Part shown: positions 9,685-21,635 of the stretch, piece by piece | Numbering within the stretch: position 1 is the stretch's first letter | Layout: each line of letters starts with the position of its first letter | NCBI GenBank assembly: GCA_014905635.1 | Contig: CM026547.1 | Coordinates: 2,914,001 to 2,978,000, forward strand | Direction of reading: 5' to 3' | DNA from: Scenedesmus sp. PABB004 | Taxonomy: Eukaryota | Length of the DNA stretch: 64,000 bases | Position numbers and translations under genes: made by a program | The notes under the pieces: model-generated | Databases searched by the model: none | What the model was told of the DNA's origin: nothing | Seen by the model: the letters and a program-made list of their open reading frames with translations, nothing else

Positions 9685-12600
9685 TCAGAAGTACTCCAGG
9701 CTGCTGCCGGGCGTGTGGGGGCGGCCGCGCGGCGGCGTGGGCGGGCGCTCCTCGTTGACCTGCGTCATCCACGTGTCGGCGCCGGGCGCGTGCGCCGGCG
9801 CGGGCTCCTCGTCCAGCCCCGCGCCGCTGTCGGGCGTGTGCGGCGTCGTGGGCGGCACGGGGTGGATGAGCTTGGGCACCATGACCAGGTCCCGGCCGAG
9901 CACGAGGATCGCGCCCGCGTTGCCCGCGGTGCCGCAGTAGTTGGTCGCGCTGAAGAGCGTGATGAGGTGCCCCTGCGCAAAGCGCTCAAAGCCGTCCATC
10001 ACGCACTCGTGCGCGCGCACGATCATCTGCAGGTTGTTGGTCTGCGCGCGCGCGCCGCGGCGGCGGCGGCGCGAGGAGGCTCGGCGCCGGCGGCGGCCAC
10101 AGCGCGGCGCGGCGACAGCGCGGCGCGGCGCGGCGCTGCGGTGCTGCGGCGGCGCGGCGCTGGGCGCGCGCGCGCCTTGCAGAAGTCCTTGACGCGGTCG
10201 GGTCCAAACGTGACGAGGCCCGGCCCGCGCGGGCTGGGCTGCACGCCCTGCACGCCGTCGTTGGTGGTGGGGTCGCTCCAGAGCAGGTCCATGAGCACGG
10301 GGCCGCCGTCCTCCATGGTGATGGGGCGCTCCAGCTCCGCGATCTGGTCGATGCGGTTGATGCAGCGCCCGATGCCGCCGTGCATGCAGAGGATCTTGCC
10401 CTCAATCAGCGCCGCGAGGGGCAGCCAGTTGAAGAGCGCGTTGATGCGCTTCCACACCCAGATGCCGTCCTCGTCGCCCAGGCGCTCGAGGCACTCCAGC
10501 CTGCGGCGCGGCGCGGCGGCGGCGCGGTCAGGCGCGGCGGCGCGGCGGCGGCGGTCGGGCGCGGCGCGGGCGGGCGGCGGCGGCAGGGGGCCGGCCGGCG
10601 CGGCGGCGGCGGCGCGCGGCGGCTCCCAGGTGCGTGCGCCGGCCCGGACCTGAAGCCGAAGAGCGCGTTGATGTCGGCGGCCTCGTGGTTGCCGCGGATG
10701 AGGTGCACGCTGCGGGGGTGCTCGATCTTGAGCGCCAGCAGCAGGCACATCGTCTCCAGGCTGTGGCTGCCCCTGCGAGGGCGGCGGCGCGCGGGCCGCG
10801 GGCGCGCGCGCGCGTCGGCGCCGGCCGCCGCCGCGCGGCCGCGCGGCCGCGCCGTCCGCGCCGCGCCCCGCCGGGCCCTGGCGGCCGCTGCTGCCCCGCG
10901 CGGCCCGCGCTGCCCGTGCTGCTGCGCCCGGCCGCCGGTCTGGCGCCGCGCCGGACCTGTCCACGTAGTCGCCCAGGAAGAGGTAGTCGATGTAGGTGAT
11001 GTCGCCGGCGGTGTTGGGCGCGCCATACTCCTCAAACAGGCGCATGAGGTCGCCAAACTGGCCGTGCAGGTCGCCGAAGATCTTGATGGGCGCCTGCAGG
11101 CGCGCGCGCGGGCGCGGGAGGAGCGTGCGGGGGCGGGGGGCGTGGGCGCGCGCCGCCGCGCGCGCGGGGGCGGGCGCGCGCCGCCGCCGCGCGCGCTCTC
11201 TCTCTCTCTCGCGTGCGCGCGTCCCGACGCACCCTGAGCTCCAGCACGCTCTTTTCCTGCTTGAACAGCTTCTCCGCGTTGTCGCACAGCTCCACAATCT
11301 CCTCCGCCTGCGCGGCGCGGGGGTGGCTGAGTGCGCCGCAGCGGCGCGCGCGCGGGCGGCGCGGGCGGGCGGGCGGGCGCGCAGGCGGGCGGCGCACCAC
11401 GAGCATGAAGCGCCGGTCCTCGTGGTTTGGCTTCCACTGGCGCGGGCGCAGCAGCTCGTTGATGACGCGCTTGTGCACGCCCGGCATGCTCACGGTGCGC
11501 TGGAACAGCGGCGTCTTGCCCTCGGGCGTGCCCTTGTCGTAGATGCTCACGCGCCGGCCCTCGTTGTCGAGCTGGTCGATCGACAGCTGCCGCACCAGGC
11601 CCCTGCGCGCGCCGCGCGGCGGGGCGGGGCGGGCCCGGCGGGCGCGGCGCGTCGGCGGCGGCGCCCCGCGGCCGCCCCTCGCGGCCGGGCGGCGCCGCCG
11701 CGCGCGGACCCACGCCGCCCGCCCCAGCGCGGCCCGGCCCGGCCCGCACCGCAGCGGTGGCTCCATGGGCGCGACGACGGCGCGGTGGTAGAGCCGCACG
11801 TCTGGCGTGGGCGGGCTCGCGCCGGGCTTGTGGTGGTTGAGCGTGAGCGTGGGGCTCTCGTCCCGGCTGGGGCTGCTCATGCGCCGCTCGCCCTCGGACG
11901 CGTCTGCGCTGCCGCCCTGGCTCGTGCTTCTGCTCGCGACCGCCGCCGCGACCGCCGCCTCTGCCGCCGCTGCCTCGGCCAGCATCTGCGCGGCGCTCGC
12001 GCTGCCGTGCACGCTGTTGAGGTACTGGCTCCACGCCGGCGACCGCGGGTCGCAGATCGTCAGCTCCGCGCCGCCCGCGTCGTCTGGCGCGGCGCGGCGC
12101 ACGGCGGGGCGCGGCGGCGGGTGGGCGCGCGCGCCGCCCGCGCGCCGCCCGCCGGTCCGCGCGCGAGGGCTGCTGCGCGGGCGCCCGCGGCGCGCGCCGC
12201 GGGCGCGCACCCGCGAGCAGCAGGTCGTCCAGCAGCTGGCTGCCCTTGAGGCCGCCGTAGATGAAGACAAACGGCCCCACGCTGGTGACTGCGTGCCTGC
12301 AGCGCCGCGTCACGTCCTCGCCCGACAGCGTGCCCGGCGCGGGCGTGATCCACGCGCCGCCCGACGTGTCCAGCATGACCGTGCTTGTGCTCTCGTCGAC
12401 CTGCGCCGGCGGCCGCGCGGCGGCGGCGTGGGCAGCGGCGGCAGCTGCTGGTGCCGCTGCTGATTGCTGCCGCCGCTGCTGCTACCGCCCTGCTGGGCCG
12501 GCGCCAGCCGCCGCGGCGCCGCGGCGCTGCGCGCACCATCCTGCCGCCGCCGACTGCGCCGCCAGAGATGTGCAGCCGCGTGCCCACAAACACCGCGCCG

Positions 12601-13881
12601 TGCTGGTAGCGGCCGGCTGGCATGCTGCCCGGCGCCGCGTGCCACTCCCAGCGGCCGTCGCGGTGGCGCGCAAAGCCGTACGCGTCTGCCAGCGGCGTGC
12701 CCTGCACGTCGCGGCCGCCGCACAGCAGCAGCAGGCCGTCCGAGCGCGCCGCTGCCGTCGCGTACATCCTGCCAGCGGCGGCGCCGGGCGGCGGGCGGCG
12801 GCAGCGGTCGTCGGCCGCCGGCGCGGCGCGGCGCGGCGGCGCCGACTGCCGCGCCAGCCGCCGCGCGGGCCGCCGCCGCCGCCGCGGCGCACCGCGGGCA
12901 AGGCATCTCGCCCGCGTCTGTGATCTTGCGCCACTGGTAGGGCTTTTCGCTCGTGTCGAGCGCCCACGCGTCGCCGAGCGTCGACTTGCCGTCGTTGCCG
13001 CCCATGGCCACGAGGAAGCGGTTGGCCACGAGGCTCAGCGTGTGCGCGTAGCGCGCGCTCGGCCCCGCGCCCTGCACCAGCACGCGGTGCCAGCGCGGGC
13101 GCTCCATGTCGGTGAAGTCGAGGACGTGCAGGTCCTCCGACGCGAGCCCCGCGGGGCCGATGCCGCCCTGCGCGCACGCGCGCGCAACGCGGCAGGGCGT
13201 GGGCGGCGCGCCGGCTGCCCGCGCGCGCGCCGCACCCGCGCCGCCCGCGCCGCCCCCGCCCCCGCCGCCGCGCCGCGCCTGCACGACGACCATGTTGCCG
13301 ACGGCCGCCGCGGCGTGCGCGGCGCGCGGCGACGGCGGCTCGCCCATGGGCGTGATCTTGGCCCACGTGCCCGTGCGGATGTCGAAGATGTGCACGTCGT
13401 TGGTGGCGCCCGCCAGGCGGATGCCTGCGCGCACGGTTGGCGCGGTTTGTACCGCGCGCGCGCCCGGCGCCGCTGCTGCGCGCCGCGCCCGTGCCCGCCG
13501 CCGCACCCGACGCCGACGGCCCCGGCCCGGGCGACCCCGAGGGCGTGCCGTCCGGGTTCTTGGCGGCCGAGCCCTCCAGCGCCGTGGCGCCGCCTGGCGG
13601 GCGCGGGGGCGGGCGGCCAGCGTGCAGGATCAGCTGCAGGCCCCGGCCGGCCCGCACGTCCCCCCGCCGGCGCCGCGCCTTGGCCCAGGCCCGGCGCGGG
13701 TCGGGGGCTCACCGAACAGCACCAGCTTGGCCTTGTTGACGTCGCCATCCGGCCCCGTGATGGTGGTGAGCGTGTGCCCGCAGCGCGGGCCGGGCGGGAC
13801 GTCGAGTATGGGGAACGGGCGCGGCCGCGGCACGCTCACGGGCCGCGCCAGCGCCCCGCCGGGCCCCTCGTCGATCTGCAT
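9685..13881 (-). CDS. BSL1: Kelch-repeat Ser/Thr protein phosphatase (PPKL; BSU1/BSL family), ~13 exons
   Basis: [10 protein letters not shown], kelch repeats ([22 protein letters not shown]), [10 protein letters not shown], and a PP1-like domain [40 protein letters not shown]. 12 introns, two with GC donors (13278, 10175). Confidence 0.95.
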
Positions 13882-14347
13882 GGCGCGCGCGCGCGAGCCC
13901 GCCTCGCCACGGCCCCCCCGCGCGCGCTGTGGGCTGCCCGGGGCCGCTGGGGTGCGCCTGACCGCTGGCGCGAGACTGGGCGACTCGCAGCGGCGGCGAA
14001 AGTTCGGCGGCGCGCCGCCGCGCCGCGCCGCGCCCGCCGAACCGCAGCGCCCCGGCGCGCTGGCCCCGGCGCGGGCTGGCCGCTTCAGCTGGTGCCGCTG
14101 CTGCGTCTGCGCCTGCGTCCGCGGCCGCGCTGCTGGACGTGGCGCGCCGTGCCGGCCTCGCCGCCACGCGGCTTCGCGGCGGCAGGGCCTGGCGCCGCTG
14201 CGCCGCGCGCCCGCCCGCCCGCCGCCGCAGCGGTGCGTCCTCGCCCGCGCCGCCGCCGCCGCCCACGCACAACCACGGCACCCGGCTCCCGCGCAGCCCC
14301 ACGGCACACCAGCAGCCCACACGCAGCCGCGCGAGAGGCCCCCAGCC

Positions 14348-15275
14348 ATGTCGCAGTCGCTCGCGCGCGCGGCCCGCCCGGCCTGCTCCGCACGCGCGCC
14401 CACGCGCGGCCCCGCGCTCGCGCCGCGCCTTCCGGGAGCGACTGCGCGGCGCCGCGCGGCCATTGCGCGCGTGACGGAGCTGGAAAGCGAGGCGGAGTGG
14501 GAAAAGGAGGTGCTGCAGGTGCGGGGGGCCGCGCAAAGGTGCCGGCGCCCCGCCCCACGCGTGCCGGGGCCGGTGTCGCTGCGTACGAGCAGCGGAAGAC
14601 GGCGCCGCGCCCGGGCGGCGCGCCGGGAGGCGTGGCATCACGCCGGCCCTCCGGTGCATTGCGCCGCAGAGCGACGCGCCGGTGCTGGTGGACTTCTGGG
14701 CGCCCTGGTGCGGGCCGTGCAAGCTCGTGGCGCCGCTGATGACCTGGGCGGAGCAGGCGCGCACGCCGCCGCCGCCGCTGCTCGCGCGCCCGCGCGCCCC
14801 GCGCGGCGGCAGCGCCGCCCCGCTCGCCACGCCAGCATGATGCTCTGGCGGTGGGGGCGGGGGCGGGGCGGCGCGCCGCATGCATGCGGCGCCGCCGCGG
14901 CCCACGCGCGCGCGGCACGGCCGCCGCGGCGCGCAGGAGCACAAGGGCGCGCTGAAGGTGGTCAAGGTGGAGCACGACAAGAACAAGGGCCTGGTGGAGA
15001 AGTACAAGGTGCGGCCACGGCGGCAGCAGCGGCGGCGGCAGGGGCGGCGGCAGGGGCGGCGGCAGCGGCGCGCGCGGGCGCGCCGCGCGGCCCGGCCGCC
15101 GCGGCCGACCGCCGCGCCACGCCGCCGCGTGGTGGCGCAGGTGTACGGCCTGCCCTGCCTCATCGTGTTCAAGGGCGGGGAGCAGGTGGAGGGCAGCAAG
15201 CGCGAGGGCGCGGTGACCAAGGCGATGCTGGCCGACTACATCAAGAAGCACGCCGTCGCGCCCGTCAGCGCCTGA
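14348..15275 (+). CDS. TRXx: Plastid thioredoxin, x-type, 4 exons
   Basis: Transit-peptide-like N-terminus, [47 protein letters not shown] (x-type signature); intron 2 has a GC donor at 14757. Confidence 0.9.
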
Positions 15276-15799
15276 GACGGCCGCGCGGCCGCGGCCGCCG
15301 CCCGGGCGCCCGCCGCAGCGCGGCGGCGGGCGCCGGGCAGGGCCGGCGGCGCGGCGCCGCCGCCCGGCAGCCCGGGCGCGCGCGCCGCGCGGAGAACTGC
15401 GGCGCCCGCCTGGCGCGGGCGGCGGGTTGGACTTGAGCCGACGCTTGCAGCAGCCCGTGCATGCAGCACCAGCGTTGCTGCCGGCGGGGGACGGAGCGCA
15501 TCTCTTGGGCGCCCAATCAACAGGCCGCGCCGCGCGACACGGGCGGCGGGCCTGCACGTCGCGCGCCTCGGCGGCGCGCGCCGGTCACCTAGGAGGGGAG
15601 CGGCCAGGGAGGGAGGTCAGGGAGGGGGAGCTCAGCGGGGCGCCGCCCCGCAGTTGGTCTGGTGTGCTGCTGTGTCGGACCGCTCTGGCGGGACGAGCCG
15701 CGGAGCGTCGAGAGGCGGGCGATTTTGAGCGCGCGGCAAACGTGTGCGCGGCTGCTGGCGCCCCAGAAACGTGGCGGGGGCGGCACGCGCGTAGGGCGC

Positions 15800-15804
15800 T
15801 GTAA
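15800..15804 (+). promoter_or_regulatory. TGTAA polyadenylation signal, likely for TRX-x
   Basis: Chlorophyte-type UGUAA element in the intergenic region between convergent genes. Confidence 0.45.
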
Positions 15805-15826
15805 AACACGAACGCACACGCCGCCC

Positions 15827-16601
15827 CTAGCTGCTGCCCAGCTTGCGGCCCTTGCCCTGCCATGCTGCGCCGCCGCCGCCGCCGCCGCCGCCGCTGCCAG
15901 GCCGGTGCGCGCCGCGCTCGTCGCCGCCGCTGCTGCCGGCACCGGCGCCCGCCTGGCCGCCGAACATGTCGGCAAAGCCGCCGCCACCGCCGCTGCCGCC
16001 GGCCGCGCCGGCCTGCCCGCCAGCGGCGCCGCGCCGGTGCGTCGGCGGCGCCGGCACGCCGCCGCCGGCCCCGTAGGTCAGGTACAGATACCCTGCGCGT
16101 CAGCGCACCGACATTCGGCAGCGCTCAGTCGTCGCACGCTGCCGGCGGCGCAGCGCGCGCGGGCCGCGGCGGCGGCGGCGCACCGAAGATGGCGCCCCCC
16201 AGGACGCCGCGCCAGCCGAAGAACAGCCCAGCTGCGGCCACGGCGAGGAGCCCCATGGTGGGCACGCGCAGGCCATAGACGACGACCGCGTCCGGCAGCA
16301 TCGACGAGCCGGCTGCGCTCGGCACCAGCTGCAGCGGCGGCGCGCTCCAGTCGAGCCTGCCGACGGGCGCTCCGCCGCCCGGCGCTGGCCCGGCGCCGCC
16401 GTTGCGTGCCGCAGCGAACTGCGCCGGAGGCTGCTGGGCCGGGGGCCGGCGCTGCGGCTGCGCCCGGGCCTGGACGCGCGGGTCGTCATCTGCAGAGCGC
16501 GGCGGCAGCAGCCGCGCGTGAGCGAGGAGCAGCAGCGGCAGCGGAGCTTGCAGCAGCGTCCCCTCACCCGCCACGATCTCCCCGTCGATGATGCGGACCA
16601 T
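15827..16601 (-). CDS. FAM241/DUF4605-like small membrane protein, 3 exons
   Basis: Spliced N-terminus MVRIIDGEIVADDDPRV resembles FAM241 (MVRILANGEIVQDDDPRV); hydrophobic hairpin GLLAVAAAGLFFGWRGVLGGAIFGYLYL; C-terminal WQGKGRKLG. Confidence 0.7.
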
Positions 16602-16751
16602 GGCGAGCGCGGATGGCAGCGCCGTGCGGCGGAGAGAGCAAGAGCAGCGGCGGCGTGCGCGGCGCTGTGCGGCGCAGAGAGAGCGAGAGCAGCGGCGGGG
16701 CTCTGGGTGCCAAGCTGCTGTTGGGCGGCGTCCTGCGCACTGGGACAGGAC

Positions 16752-17113
16752 CCCGCCGCCGCTCAACCGCCGCCGCCGCCGCGGTGCAGGGTCTGCGCCC
16801 GCCGCGGCAGCCGATCGCGCGGGGTGCCGGCCAGAGGCGCGCGCTGCCGCGGAGGTTGTCATTCTGTTAGGGCGTTGTGCCAGCGTCAGCAGGTCGGGCG
16901 CCGCTGCACCCGCACCGCACCGCGCGGTCGCGCCCGCGCCACTCCGCCGCGCCGCCCGACCCGCGCCGCCGCCCAGCGCGCCCTGGTGCCGCCTGCTGCC
17001 GCACGCCACCACGCACGCCCCACCCTCGCGCGCGCTCATTGCCGGCCGCGCAGCGCTCCCGCGGCTCTGCCGGAGCACGCAGCACGCACGGCGCGTCTCC
17101 GCAGCGCGCAGGC
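16752..17113 (+). repeat. Inverted repeat copy A (~362 bp)
   Basis: Reverse complement of 19254-19621; identical over long stretches (e.g. ggaggttgtcattctgttagggcgttgtgccagcgtcagcagg) apart from two small indel/mismatch patches. Confidence 0.95.
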
Positions 17114-17896
17114 CGGTTACCTTCTCCCTTCACCATTCCTCTTCACCATTCCTCTGGATTCTCCTCCTCAGTCGACGGCAGGCCCTGCACAGCACCGCTC
17201 CGCTTCCGCCCTCACGTCGACCTCCGCCCTCCCACGAAAAACGAGGCCGGTGCGTGCCGGCACGGCGCCTGGCCTTTGGCAGGCCCGGGGCGCAAAAGGA
17301 CTGCGGCGGCGCCGCCACACGCAAGTTTTTCAATCGTCATAGATGTACACGCACACGGCAGTGTGGAGGCAGGCATGCATGCGGCCGCGCCCCGCCCGCC
17401 ACGTGGTCAGGCGCACCAGACCTGACGGCGAGGGGGCGCGCTTCTTCTTTGGGGTGCGTGCAGGCGGGCGGGCGCGGCGCGCCCGCCCCGCGCGCGCCCC
17501 CGCCGCGGGGCCGGCGCCGGCGACGTTGCGCCAGGCGCCGCGCCCGCGCGGCGGCGGCGGCGCGCAGCAACGGCCTGGGTCGGTTTGTCAGTTTGCTAGC
17601 GAGCTCGGACGACGAAAATGAATGGCAGCAGCAGCCGTGCGGGGGCCGGCCAGCGCCTGTGCAGAGGGCGGAGAGCCCGCCGCGCCGCGCTGGTGTGCCG
17701 GCAACACAAAACGCAAAATGTGGCGGCGCGCGCGCACGCGGGCGCGGCCGCCGGCCGTGCAGCAAAAAGCGCGCCGGGCCGCACGCCTCGCCCGCCCGGG
17801 CGCGCTCGGCGTGCCCCATCCGGCGGTGCAGTGCAGTGGTGCGCTCGGGGTCACGCCCTCTCCCGAGCGGCGCGCCGCAGCCGGCCGCGCGTCGCG

Positions 17897-19168
17897 TCAC
17901 AGCACGCCGGCGGGCTGCGCGGCCAGGGCGTCCACCAGGACACGGGGCACGACGTTGTTCGCGTACACCGGCGCCGCGACCGGCGTGGGCGCGGGCGCGG
18001 CCGGCGGCGAGGGGGGCGCCGCCGCGGCCGCCAGCCTCTCGACGCGCAGCGCGGCGGTGCGCAGCGTGCGCGCGGCGGCGGTGGCCGCCGACACGGCGGC
18101 GTCGACGCCGACGATGCACACGCCGGGCGCGGCCGACGACGCGGCGGCGACGAGGTTGCCCAGGCCCGCCAGGCCCGGCTCGCCGCCGGCAGAGGTGGGC
18201 AGCGCCACGACGGGCACGTCCACCATGCCCGCCACGACGCCCGGCAGCGCGGCGTCCACGCCCGCCACGACGACGACGACGTCGGCGGCGTGCAGCGCTG
18301 CGGGGGCGGGCGGGCGGCGCGGGGCGGCGGCGGGCTCAGCGGCCGCGCGGGCGCGGGCGCGGCGCGCGGCGCAGGCACGTCTCGGGCGCGGCGCGCGGCG
18401 CGCGCGCGCGCGCGCGCGCGCTCACCCGCCGCGTGCTGCATGAGCGTCGGCAGGTCGCGCGTGGAGAGGCCCGGCTTGGCAATGACGTACGCGCCCATGT
18501 GCTCCGCCGCGAGCTTCACCCGGTCGGCGGCGACCTGGTCGGCGGGGCCCGCGCTGACGACGCAGAGCGTCCCGGGGAGGCGGGGCTGCTTGGGGAGCGC
18601 CGGCTCGGGCGGCTTGACGATGAGCATCTTGGCGCGCGCGTGGTACTTGGCGCCCGGCACGAGCTTGCGCAGCGCGGCGTACATGTCGGGCTCGACGCCC
18701 TCCACCAGCGCCTGGGGGCACGCCTGCAGCGCGGCGGTGACCTCGGCCGCGATGTCCTCAGCGCCGCGCGCGGTGCTGCAGATGACGCCTGGCAGGCCGC
18801 GCCGCGGGGGCGCCTGCGCCGCGGCGGGGGGCGGCGGCGGCGGGCCGAGGTGAGCGCGCGCGGGGGTGAGCCGGGCACGCGGCGAGGGGGGGGGGGGCGC
18901 CGCGTGCGGCGCCGCCGCGGAGGGCGGCTGCTGCTCCTCCTGCGCGCTGTCCCAGCCGCCAGCCGCCGGCGGCGCCGCGCCGCTCGGACCGCGGGCTCAC
19001 CGAGGCGCGGACGTCCGAGGGCGTGGCCTGGAGCGCCGCCTCCAGCTGCTGGCGCTCCGGGACGGCGCGACAGGGCAGGCGCGAGGGCCGACCCGCCAGC
19101 TTGCCGCTTGCGCCGCTCAGACGCTGCGCCACGCTGGCGCGGCCGCGCAGGGTGACCAGGGAGGCCAT
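17897..19168 (-). CDS. LarB/CpmA-like (AIR-carboxylase/PurE superfamily) protein, probable transit peptide, degenerate active site
   Basis: YHARAKMLIV, LCVVSAGPADQVAA, ADVVVVVAGVDAALPGVVAGMVDVPVVALPTS, APGVCIVGVDAAVSAATAAAR follow the LarB layout. 5' exon structure (18790-19000) uncertain. Confidence 0.75.
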
Positions 19169-19253
19169 CGCCGCTGCTCACGGGTGGGCGCGGGGCGCGC
19201 GAAGCGGATGCGAGCAGCAGCCTCCGACGCGGGCGACGCGACCCTAGCGCGGC

Positions 19254-19621
19254 GCCTGCGCGCTGCGGAGACGCGCCGTGCGTGCTGCGTGCTCCGGCAG
19301 AGCCGCGGGAGCGCTGCGCGGCCGGCAATGAGCGCGCGCGAGGGTGGGGCGTGCGTGGTGGCGTGCGGCAGCAGGCGGCACCAGGGCGCGCTGGGCGGCG
19401 GCGGCGCGGGTCGGGTGGCGCGGGCGGGGCGGCGGAGTGGCGCGGGCGCGACCGCGCGGTGCGGAGGATGCAGCGGCGACCTGCTGACGCTGGCACAACG
19501 CCCTAACAGAATGACAACCTCCGCGGCAGCGCGCGCCTCTGGCCGGCACCCCGCGCGATCGGCTGCCGCGGCGGGCGCAGACCCTGCACCGCGGCGGCGG
19601 CGGCGGTTGAGCGGCGGCGGG
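19254..19621 (-). repeat. Inverted repeat copy B (~368 bp), in the divergent intergenic region between the LarB-like and exonuclease genes
   Basis: Reverse complement of 16752-17113. Confidence 0.95.
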
Positions 19622-19882
19622 TGCTCGACCCCGCAGCAGCAGCAGCAGCGGCGGCGGGGCGGCGGCGGCGCACTTCTCTCGCCCAGCCCGGCTGCTGGGC
19701 GAGAAGTCACACCCGGATCATCAGTGCACGGCCAGCGAGGCGCGCGGGTGAACCGGCAACGTTTTCGCAGAAACGCGCCGCCGCCGCGCTGTGCCGCTGC
19801 GCGCTCTTTGCCGCCAGCCGGCGGATCGCGCGCCCAGACCGCTAGAACGCCCGAACCACGCGACCCGCGGCGCCCAGCAGCC

Positions 19883-21635
19883 ATGCGGGGGGCGCTGCGC
19901 CACGGCGCGGCCGCGGCACGCCTTCCCGCCGCGCGCGCGGCGCTGCCGCCGCCAGGCTGCCGGCCGCGGCAGTGTTGCTGGGCGCACTCGGCGGCTGCCG
20001 CGCCCGCGGCGGGCGAGGCCGCGGCGGCGCGCGGCAGCGAGGAGCACGCGCGCCACCGGTGCGCGGGGCGCGCGCGCGAGAGCAGCAGCGGGCGCCGCGC
20101 CGCGCAGCGCGCCGCAGGCCCGGCGGTCGCCGCGGCCGTGCCCCGCCCGGCCCACGCGGCGCCGCGGCGGGCCACGTCGCAGGCTGTACGTGGTGGACAT
20201 GATGCCCTTTGTGTACAAGTCCCTGCACGCGGCGGTGGCGGCCGAGGCGCAGCGCGCGGCGGCCGCGGGCGGCGGCGGCGGCGCCGCCGCCGCGGCCGGG
20301 GGGCGCGACGCGAGCCCGGCGCACTACTTTGTGGCGCTGCTGCTCGACCTCATGCGCCGCGCGCCCGACACGCCCACGCACATGGCGGTCGTGGTGGACG
20401 TGCCCGGCCCAAACTTCAGGTCGGGCGCTCGCGCGCCCGCCCGGGGGCCGCATGCGAGCGACCTGCAGCTCCTCAGCCCGCAGCGCGCCACTGCCGCGCC
20501 ACCGCCGCGCCGCGTGCCGCGCCGCGTGCCGCGCCGCGCGCAGGCAGCTCAAGTTCTCCGGCTACAAGGCGCAGCGCGCGCCGCCGCCCGAGGGCCTGGT
20601 CGCCGAGGTGCCGCGCGCGCTCGCGCTCGTGGAGGCGGCCGGCATCCCCGTGCTCGCGGTGCCGGGCGTGGAGGCGGACGACGTCGCGGGCTCGCTCGCC
20701 GCGCGCGCGGCGGGCGACGGCTTCGGCCAGGTCGTGCTCGTGTCGCCCGACAAGGTGCCCCCCCCCCTCGCCCCGCCCTGGCGCCCGGCCGCCGCCAGCA
20801 ACGGGCGCACGGGAGCCAGGCAGTCTCCCAGCGGCGAGCTGCTGCCTCGGCCCCCAGCAGCAAACGAACACCCCGCGCCGCGCCGCCGCCGCCGCGTGTA
20901 GGACTTTTACCAGCTGCTGCGCCCGCGTGTGTCGGTGCTGCGCGGCGGCGCGGGCGGCCCCGCGTACACCGCTGACGACTTTGCGGCCGAGCACGGCCTG
21001 CCGCCGGAGCGCTGGGTCGACTTCAAGGCCCTCGCCGGCGACGCGAGCGACAACATCCCCGGCGTGAAGGGCGTCGGCCCCAAGACCGCGCTCGCGCTGC
21101 TCCGCGCGCTCGGCGGCGTCGAGGCGGTGCTCGCCGCGTTTGCGGCGCCGCCGGGCGGCGCCGCGCCCGCGCCGGAGGAGCTGGTGCGGCCGCCGCGCCA
21201 CGACCCGCGGCGCGGCGCGGCGCGGCGCTGCGGCGGCGCCGCCGCCCACGCGCCGCGCGGGGCGGCGGCTGCAGGTCAAGCTGCGCCGCGGGCAGGCCGA
21301 GATGCTGCGCAGCGAGGACGGCGCCGCGGCGGCGACGCTGGCCAAGCAGCTGGTCACGATCGTGACCGACCTCAAGGCGCCGCCCGTGAGGTGCGCGGGC
21401 GGCGGCGCGGCGCGGGCGTGCGTCGCGCTGGGCGCGCCAGCCGCGGCTCGCCGCCGCCCCCGCGCGCCGCAGGCAGCCGTGGCGCGCGTTTGAGGTCAAG
21501 CTGCCGCCCGACGGCGGCGCGGAGGCCGTGCAGCGCGCCATGAAGCTGCAGCTCACCTGGACGGCGGCGCGGCTGCAGGAGTGGTTTGACGAGCTGCGCC
21601 GCCGCGAGTCGGCCCGCGACGACGGCGGTCAGTGA
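19883..21635 (+). CDS. Stand-alone 5'-3' exonuclease (DNA Pol I N-terminal/FEN-like; organellar OEX-type), 6 exons
   Basis: Targeting-peptide-like N-terminus; LYVVD, THMAVVVD, GYKAQR, GVEADDV, SPDKDFYQL, ALAGDASDNIPGVKGVGPKTA (H3TH). Confidence 0.9.

Noticed and set aside
16861..16875. TTAGGG/CCCTAA hexamer in the inverted repeat as a telomere or telomerase-RNA template
   Set aside because: Single hexamer, not the 1.5 or more repeat units expected for a template; no supporting context.
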